Shown piece after piece: positions 26,403 to 32,000 of a DNA stretch of 32,000 nt. This stretch comes from Halomicronema hongdechloris C2206 (GTDB lineage Bacteria; Cyanobacteriota; Cyanobacteriia; Phormidesmidales; Phormidesmidaceae), in the NCBI RefSeq assembly GCF_002075285.3, contig NZ_CP021983.2, forward strand, positions 4,320,001-4,352,000, read 5' to 3'. The notes under the pieces are model-generated. The model was not told the origin of the DNA. It made no database searches and saw only the letters and a program-made list of their open reading frames with translations. Position 1 is the first letter of the stretch. Each line of letters opens with the position of its first letter. Both the position numbers and the translations under genes were made by a program.

Positions 26403-27098
26403 CTAGGCCCCTTCCTCAGGGATACTTAAGGTAATACCAAACAGAATCCCGAGAACTCGATTCAAGTCATTAGGAACAGCATAAGCATTAATGTCTTTGT
26501 GGACCACCCTGGCCTGACGCTCGAATAGGCCAAACTTCCAGGTATCACCCGTGGTAACAGTGCCGTAAAGGATTGGAACGGGTGAGCTCGTCCACTGATC
26601 GAGAGCAATTAGCTCAACCGCAAGCTGGGTGAAGCCTTTAGCTAGATCGGCATTTTTGGCTTCGATCACAACCAGGCTTTGAGGAGTGGGAATGAAATAG
26701 TCAAAAGTGCCCTTGAGGCGAGGGTTGACTCGAACGGGATATTCAATTTTGAGTGGCGCTTGCATAAACTTGCAAACCGTTTTCAGAATGGGAAAGATTA
26801 ATGCCTCACGACGAGCTATTTCAGAAGCCGGATCAACCAACGTCAAATTTTCCTGAAGCTCAATCTCCAGGGATTTTGAGTCAATGGGAAGTCGCTGGGG
26901 TAGCTGCAGCGAAGCATTCTTCAAAGAGACATCAAATTCCGCCAGAATGTCCGCTGTATCGAAGGGCAGTTCTGCGTATTTGCTAAAGGTATAACTTCCT
27001 GCCGGGTCGAGAATTGGGGCTCTAGTCATCGCTGCCATCGCCTGCATGTTATCCGTCATCTTAGTGCAGATTGTCTGAGCTGCATCGAGCCGTGCCAC
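26403..27098 (-). CDS. PD-(D/E)xK nuclease-fold protein, HsdR_N-like domain
   Basis: Core reads ...GTFDYFIP...[12 protein letters not shown]...QLAVELIAL, a D...E-x-K arrangement as in type I restriction HsdR N-terminal-like domains. The start is uncertain: GTG 27098 or ATG 27059 and downstream. Confidence 0.55.
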   Translation of the reverse strand: MARLDAAQTICTKMTDNMQAMAAMTRAPILDPAGSYTFSKYAELPFDTADILAEFDVSLKNASLQLPQRLPIDSKSLEIELQENLTLVDPASEIARREALIFPILKTVCKFMQAPLKIEYPVRVNPRLKGTFDYFIPTPQSLVVIEAKNADLAKGFTQLAVELIALDQWTSSPVPILYGTVTTGDTWKFGLFERQARVVHKDINAYAVPNDLNRVLGILFGITLSIPEEGA

Positions 27099-27144
27099 CC
27101 ACGCAGGACAAGCTCAGTCGTTATATCTTTATCTTCAGAGAGGC

Positions 27145-28401
27145 ATGGTAGCTACCTTCATAGGAATCTCTATGGTTGATTTTGGGGTTGATTTTGGGGT
27201 TGATTTTGGTGCGATCGCACATCAGTACAAAACGGCACTCCTCGATAATGTCATCCCCTTCTGGGAACGGCACTCACTGGACTGGCAGCAGGGGGGCTAC
27301 TTCACCTGTTTAGATCGCCGAGGTCAGGTCTACGACACCGACAAATTTATCTGGTTACAGAACCGCCAGGTCTGGACCTTCTCGATGCTCTACAACTGCC
27401 TGGAGCCCCGCCAGGGCTGGCTGGATATTGCCGCCCACGGGGCCCACTTCCTAGCGGAGCACGGCCGTGATGCTGACGGTAATTGGTATTTCTCCCTAAA
27501 TCGGGCCGGCAAACCGCTGGTGCAGCCCTACAATATTTTCTCCGACTGCTTCGCCGCCATGGCCTTTAGCCAATATGCTCGAGCCAGTGGCCAGGACTGG
27601 GCTGAGGCCATGGCCCAGCAGGCCTATCAGACCGTCCTGAACCGCCAAGGCAACCCCAAGGGCCAGTACAACAAGGTATATCCTGGCACCCGGCCCATGC
27701 AGTCCCTGGCCCTGCCCATGATTTTGGCCAACCTCACCCTGGAGATGGCCTGGTTGCTGCCGCCTGAGCAAGTCGATCAGGTCTTAACCACCACGGTGGA
27801 GACGGTCATGAAGACCTTTCTCGATCCTGACCGGGGGCTGATATTTGAACATGTAGCTGCCGATGGATCGCTGATCGACAGTTTTGAGGGACGCCTGCTC
27901 AACCCAGGCCATGGCATTGAAGCCCTGTGGTTCGTCATGGATATTGCCCAACGCTACGGCGATCAGGCCATGATTCAACAGGCCGTGGAAGTGGTGCTGC
28001 GCACCCTAGACGTCGCCTGGGATCAAGACTACGGCGGCCTCTACTATTTCATGGATGTCAAGGGCCATCCCCCCCAGCAATTGGAATGGGACCAAAAGCT
28101 CTGGTGGGTTCATTTAGAGGCACTAGTGGCGCTGGTCATGGGCTACCGCTTAACCGGTCAAACGGCCTGCTGGACCTGGTATCAGCAGGTCCATGCCTAC
28201 GCCTGGGAGCAGTTTGCCGATCCGGAATATGGCGAGTGGTTTGGCTACCTAAATCGGCGGGGAGAGGTGTTGATGCCCCTGAAAGGCGGCAAGTGGAAGG
28301 GCTGTTTCCATGTGCCGCGAGCCCTATACCGCTGCTGGCAGGACTTCGAGGCCCTGGCCCGTCAATCTTCCTCAGTCACGATTTCGACTAGAGCTCACTA
28401 G
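27145..28401 (+). CDS. N-acylglucosamine 2-epimerase (AGE / renin-binding-protein family)
   Basis: 418 aa (alpha/alpha)6-barrel-type sequence: ...[15 protein letters not shown]...GGYF..LDR.G...[16 protein letters not shown]...[11 protein letters not shown]...WWVHLEAL...[12 protein letters not shown]...KGCFHVPR. Confidence 0.85.
   Translation: MVATFIGISMVDFGVDFGVDFGAIAHQYKTALLDNVIPFWERHSLDWQQGGYFTCLDRRGQVYDTDKFIWLQNRQVWTFSMLYNCLEPRQGWLDIAAHGAHFLAEHGRDADGNWYFSLNRAGKPLVQPYNIFSDCFAAMAFSQYARASGQDWAEAMAQQAYQTVLNRQGNPKGQYNKVYPGTRPMQSLALPMILANLTLEMAWLLPPEQVDQVLTTTVETVMKTFLDPDRGLIFEHVAADGSLIDSFEGRLLNPGHGIEALWFVMDIAQRYGDQAMIQQAVEVVLRTLDVAWDQDYGGLYYFMDVKGHPPQQLEWDQKLWWVHLEALVALVMGYRLTGQTACWTWYQQVHAYAWEQFADPEYGEWFGYLNRRGEVLMPLKGGKWKGCFHVPRALYRCWQDFEALARQSSSVTISTRAH
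27175..27210. repeat. 12-bp tandem repeat GTTGATTTTGGG x3 at the 5' end of the AGE gene (encodes VDFG x3)
   Basis: Read directly. It is in frame, sits immediately after the second ATG (27172) and immediately before a HIP1 site. Confidence 0.9.
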
Positions 28402-28788
28402 TACGCCATGGCAGAAGCAAGAAGGCTGCTGGCCCTGAGCATTATATGAAACCAGCTCATCGGTCTCAGAAAACCTCGTATCCATCTTTACCCCGGTTTC
28501 TCGACACAGTATATTGCCTCTGTCAGGGATGTAGGCCCTTGTTCCAGGCTAGTCCTGGAGAATCACCCGGAGAATGTCCCCGATCTGGAGCTGGACTTGG
28601 GATAGAATCGCTTAAATGCTTAGACTAGAAATCACTCTAGCCGGTACCTATGCTCGTGCCGGCGGCGGCTATCCCGGGCAAAGTACAGATCTAGCAGGAT
28701 GTTTCAACCTTGATGGGATACCCTGCAAATAGGACTAGGGGCCATGGGAAGAGGGTCCTGGCACGTATTCAGGATGTGAACACCACCT

Positions 28789-29184
28789 ATGAAAACGGTT
28801 TTGATTGTGGAAGACGACCTGATTAACGCTCGAGTATTCTCGAAGATTTTGACGAAGCGGGGGGGCTTGGCCGTCAAACATACTGAGGACGTCGACGAGG
28901 TGATGCAGATGGCTCAAAACCATGAGGTGGATGTCATCTTGATGGATGTTTCTCTGGCTCACAGCATGTACCAGGGCAAGCCGGTCGATGGCATCAAGAT
29001 TACTCAGATGCTGAAAGCTGACCCGGTTACGGCCGATCTCCCCGTGATTCTAGTGACGGCCCATGCCATGGATGGCGATCGGGAGAATTTCTTGGCCCAA
29101 AGCGGTGCTGACGACTATATTTCTAAACCTGTGGTCGATCATCAAGCCTTTGTCAACCAAATTACAGCCATCATTGATGGGTAG
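28789..29184 (+). CDS. single-domain CheY-like response regulator receiver
   Basis: 131 aa with LIVEDD, the phosphoacceptor context VILMDVSL, VTAHA and ISKP. Confidence 0.9.
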   Translation: MKTVLIVEDDLINARVFSKILTKRGGLAVKHTEDVDEVMQMAQNHEVDVILMDVSLAHSMYQGKPVDGIKITQMLKADPVTADLPVILVTAHAMDGDRENFLAQSGADDYISKPVVDHQAFVNQITAIIDG

Positions 29185-29217
29185 GGCAGCCACTAAGGGT
29201 GGCCCCGGAGGTAGCCG

Positions 29218-30066
29218 CTAGAGTTGGGCGATCAGCGATCGCACCACGGGGGCCTGGAAGAATGACTCGGTGGCTGCTAGCAGTCGGGCCCCCCAGAGGT
29301 TCTCTTCCAGAAAGTCTAAATCGGCATAGCGACCATCTTGCTCTAGGGCTTCGATGCCTAGCTGGATGGCTTCCCGGCGCTCACCACTGGCATAGCGGCT
29401 GACGGCAATGGCCAATTTGGGCTCCGGTTCCTCGGGCACTTGCTCTAGGGTCGCCTGCCAGCGCTCCAGGGCGGCTTCCGTCTCGCCTTGTTCATAGAGC
29501 ACCAGGCCAATGTTGTTGAGGGACGGCCAAAATTCTGAGTCCAATTCTAGGGAAGCTTCATACTGCTCGATGGCCTCTTTGTAGCGCCGGAGCTTGAAAT
29601 AGGCATTGCCCAAATCGAAGTATGCGCCAGCATTATCGGCCTCGATACGTAGTCCAGCCTCCAGGTAGGACACCGATTGCAAGTACTGTTCCTGGCGGAA
29701 ATGGGCCGTCCCCAAGGCAAACAATACCGCTGCGTCATTGGGAGCCAGATCATTGGCCTGCTCCAGGGCTGTAATGGCCGGCTCGACCTGATCAAGCTGC
29801 AGATAGAGACTGCCCAAGAGCGCCAAAATCGAGCTGTTATCAGGCACTAATTGGGCGGCCAACTGGGCTCGTCGTAGGGCCTGCTCATATTGTTGAAATT
29901 GAGCCAACTGCGCCGCTTCCTGGGCTAGCACCAGCCCCTGCTCTTCTAGCTGCTCGAAATCCAGGGGGAGCACATAGGGAACTAGGGCCTGGGCCATTGC
30001 GGCAGGCGGTGCCACCCACAGTCCCATCAGGGCCAACAGCGAAATCAGGGAGGTGCGCTTGATCAC
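29218..30066 (-). CDS. tetratricopeptide-repeat protein with signal peptide
   Basis: Leader LISLLALMGLWVAPPAAMAQA, followed by repeated 34-residue A/Y/L patterns such as AYFDLGNAYFKLRRYKEAIEQYEASLELD. GTG start. Confidence 0.8.
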   Translation of the reverse strand: MIKRTSLISLLALMGLWVAPPAAMAQALVPYVLPLDFEQLEEQGLVLAQEAAQLAQFQQYEQALRRAQLAAQLVPDNSSILALLGSLYLQLDQVEPAITALEQANDLAPNDAAVLFALGTAHFRQEQYLQSVSYLEAGLRIEADNAGAYFDLGNAYFKLRRYKEAIEQYEASLELDSEFWPSLNNIGLVLYEQGETEAALERWQATLEQVPEEPEPKLAIAVSRYASGERREAIQLGIEALEQDGRYADLDFLEENLWGARLLAATESFFQAPVVRSLIAQL

Positions 30067-30167
30067 GGTGTTACTTCCGAACTCACGACGGTGAATGGCC
30101 TGAAGTTAGCTTAGACGATATTACGGTCAATTGTTGGCCCCAGTGCTAAGACATCCCCGCATAGAAA

Positions 30168-31118
30168 TCAGGGATTTCCCAGGGCGGCTCGGGCATTGCG
30201 TCGCCACATCTCAGGCTTGATGCGGCGCAGGGCCGAGGCCGTGAACCGGCGGTTCCACTCGGCTTCCGATAGGGTAGCTAACTCGGCTAGGGAAGGGGCC
30301 ACGTTTTCAGGATAAGGGCGAAATTCGACCGTGTCAGTTTCTTGGGCAAAGCGCTGGTTCCAGGGACAGACATCTTGGCAGATATCACACCCAGCCACCC
30401 AGTTGTGGAGATTCTTCTGAATCTCGGCCGGCAAGGTGTCGGCCCGATTTTCGATGGTGTGGTAGGCGATGCAGCGGTTGGCATCCACCACGAAGGGGTG
30501 AGGAATGGCGTTGGTAGGGCAGGCCTCTAGGCAGCGGGTGCAGCTGCCGCAGTGTTCGGTGTGGGGGCGATCGGCAGCCAGCTCTAAATCGCTGAGAATT
30601 TCCCCCAGAAACACCCAGGAGCCATAGTCGCGGGTGATGAGGTTGCCGTTTTTGGCAATCCAGCCCAGCCCCGCCTGCTGAGCCCAGAATTTATCTTGCA
30701 CGGGGCCGGTGTCGACGTAGTAGCGCAGCTGACTGCTGGGGGCTTGCGATCGCATCCAGCCCACTAACGCCTTCAGCTTCTGGGTCATGACTCGGTGGTA
30801 GTCCCGGCCCCAGCCGTAGCGGGAGATCTTGCCGTAGGCGTCTCCTGGGGGCCGCTCATGATCGGTGTAATAGTTGAGGGCGACGCAGACGAGGGAGCGT
30901 ACCTCCGGCATCACCTGATGAATATCCTGGCGCTTGGGATTGGCCATCCAGGCCATATCGGCCTGATAGCCCTGGGTCAACCAACGCTGTAGGGCGGTGC
31001 GCATCTGGGCGATGGCCTCGCCCTCAGCCTCAGGTGGCGGCACGGCGGCAATCCCCACCCGATGAAATCCCAAGGTTTTGGCCTGCTGTTTGATGGCCTC
31101 AGCGGTTAAGGCACTCAT
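30168..31118 (-). CDS. queG: epoxyqueuosine reductase
   Basis: MSALTAEAIKQQAKTLGFHRVGIA... N-terminus, and two ferredoxin-type clusters CGSCTRCLEACP and CDICQDVCPWN. The 127-codon upstream extension in the track translates repeat DNA and is rejected. Confidence 0.9.
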   Translation of the reverse strand: MSALTAEAIKQQAKTLGFHRVGIAAVPPPEAEGEAIAQMRTALQRWLTQGYQADMAWMANPKRQDIHQVMPEVRSLVCVALNYYTDHERPPGDAYGKISRYGWGRDYHRVMTQKLKALVGWMRSQAPSSQLRYYVDTGPVQDKFWAQQAGLGWIAKNGNLITRDYGSWVFLGEILSDLELAADRPHTEHCGSCTRCLEACPTNAIPHPFVVDANRCIAYHTIENRADTLPAEIQKNLHNWVAGCDICQDVCPWNQRFAQETDTVEFRPYPENVAPSLAELATLSEAEWNRRFTASALRRIKPEMWRRNARAALGNP

Positions 31119-31203
31119 GGTCTTGCCAGTTGCGATGATCGAAGATCGGCCCCGGGGGCCATCGCAGCTTCCGTTGTTGGCATCATAACGTCTTGGCAGG
31201 ACG

Positions 31204-31245
31204 GAGAGGGAAGAGGGAAGAGGGAAGAGGGAAGAGGGAAGAGTG
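31204..31245. repeat. heptanucleotide tandem repeat (AAGAGGG)n, 4 perfect + 2 imperfect copies (STRR-like); G3N4 G-quadruplex-type motif on the plus strand
   Basis: Read directly. There are five GGG tracts separated by AAGA, 86-127 bp upstream of the queG start. Confidence 0.9.
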
Positions 31246-31278
31246 TAGGGTGTTGGCGGAGCCTGCCCGCAGGGCTTA

Positions 31279-31297
31279 GGGGTGATGGGGTGATGGG
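31279..31297. repeat. 8-bp tandem repeat GGGGTGAT, about 2.4 copies
   Basis: Read directly, in the same intergenic region as the heptamer repeat. Confidence 0.85.
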
Positions 31298-31587
31298 AAA
31301 GCAAGAAAGTAGCGTGGGTCGTTTTACTTAAGCGAGGGAGGTTATGAGTGACCAGGGAAGGACCCACGGGGAAAGGCTGAAGGCAAAAGGCAGAAGTCAG
31401 AAAGGTCCATCGCGCCCTGCCGATACGACGCGATGCCAACCAATAAGCCTGGAGGGCATAGGGTGGGGGGTTGGGTATTGGCGAAGGGCAGAAAAGCAAA
31501 GACTTCTGCAGACTCTGTTCGACAGCAGAGACGGCTGGTTAAAGTAAGAGCAATCCCAAATACGCATCTCCATGGAGTCGGGCTGCA

Positions 31588-32000
31588 ATGATGCTAACCC
31601 CTATGATCAGGCTGGGCAGTGTGTTCTGTAGTGCCGTGGTCTTAGCCATGGCTGCCCCATCCCTGAGGCGAAATCCCAAGCGCCTCCAGAGTCAGCCCCG
31701 CCGAGGCAACCGCTGAGGATGCTCCTGAGGCAGAGGCGGGGTCTTCCCCGATGCGGCCCTTTGAAGAGGTGATTGAGGGCTTTGAGCAACAGGCTGGCCT
31801 CTTTACCACCTATCACCAGCCCGACACTGGCGAAACCTATCTAGCCATTCAGCCGGAGCAACTCAACCGCGACTTTCTGCTGATTGCCACCCTCGAGTCT
31901 GGGGTGGGGAGGCAGGGTTATTTAGCGGCTGGCCCATCAATGACCTACTCATTCAATTTCACCGTGCCCCTGGCGACAAGGTGCAGCTAGTGGTGCCTAA
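31588..32000 (+). pseudogene. secreted zinc-metalloprotease-like protein (DUF5117-type N-terminal region), partial at the window end, apparently disrupted by two frame changes
   Basis: A signal-peptide-like ORF in frame 1 (MMLTPMIRLGSVFCSAVVLAMAAPS, stop at 31714). Frame 2 runs from 31667, with track ORF 31751..31990 reading ...AGLFTTYHQPDTGETYLAIQPEQLNRDFLLIATLESGVG. Frame 1 resumes from about 31909 and reads EAGLFSGWPINDLLIQFHRAPGDKVQLVVP to the window end. Confidence 0.45.

Noticed and set aside
28446-28628. A 60-aa ORF in the 390-bp spacer upstream of the response regulator. I also looked there for RNase P, tmRNA, SRP or 6S-like motifs.
   Set aside because: The translation is Cys/Pro/Arg-rich with no coding periodicity evident, and I found no conserved ncRNA signature by eye. 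The spacer remains unexplained, and I have nothing positive to report for it.
31119-31499. A 127-codon N-terminal extension of the queG ORF (track ORF 30168..31499), translating to a Pro/Ser/Leu-rich sequence.
   Set aside because: The extension is the reverse-complement translation of the heptamer and octamer repeats and has no coding character. The conserved QueG sequence begins at MSALTAEAIK (ATG 31118).

Overview
This is a cyanobacterial chromosomal segment. I found at least 18 copies of the HIP1 octamer GCGATCGC by eye, and the gene content fits (orthocaspase, QueG, AGE/NanE, PerR-like Fur). I saw no rRNA, tRNA or CRISPR array.

Bases 1-13.5 kb are one long minus-strand run. It holds a GT39/ArnT-like glycosyltransferase, a methylglyoxal-synthase-like/lipid-kinase fusion, a Fur-family regulator, a secreted cell-wall-type module, a repeat-containing membrane protein, a very Gln-rich SbcC/Rad50-like ATPase with no CxxC hook and no SbcD partner, and a caspase-STAND NTPase-TM protein.

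The centre (15.7-23.8 kb) is visibly AT-richer and carries a small minus-strand natural-product operon: FkbO/Hyg5-like chorismatase, adenylating enzyme, carrier protein, then a C-T-TE NRPS with no A domain. Two insertion sequences interrupt it. An IS630-family element (TA duplication) splits the thioesterase domain, and an IS5-family element (4-bp duplication) splits the adenylating enzyme. In both cases the missing gene piece is not in the ORF track but can be read from the sequence, and removing the IS restores the reading frame exactly.

The right third carries nanE, an unknown 370-aa protein, an HsdR_N-like PD-(D/E)xK protein, an AGE epimerase, a CheY-like receiver, a TPR protein, queG, a G-rich heptamer repeat, and a partial secreted metalloprotease-like gene that seems to carry two compensating frameshifts.

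The best candidates for undescribed biology are the IS-inactivated aryl-primed NRPS-like operon and the caspase-STAND / hookless SMC-like ATPase pair. All family assignments come from motifs read by eye, not from database searches.
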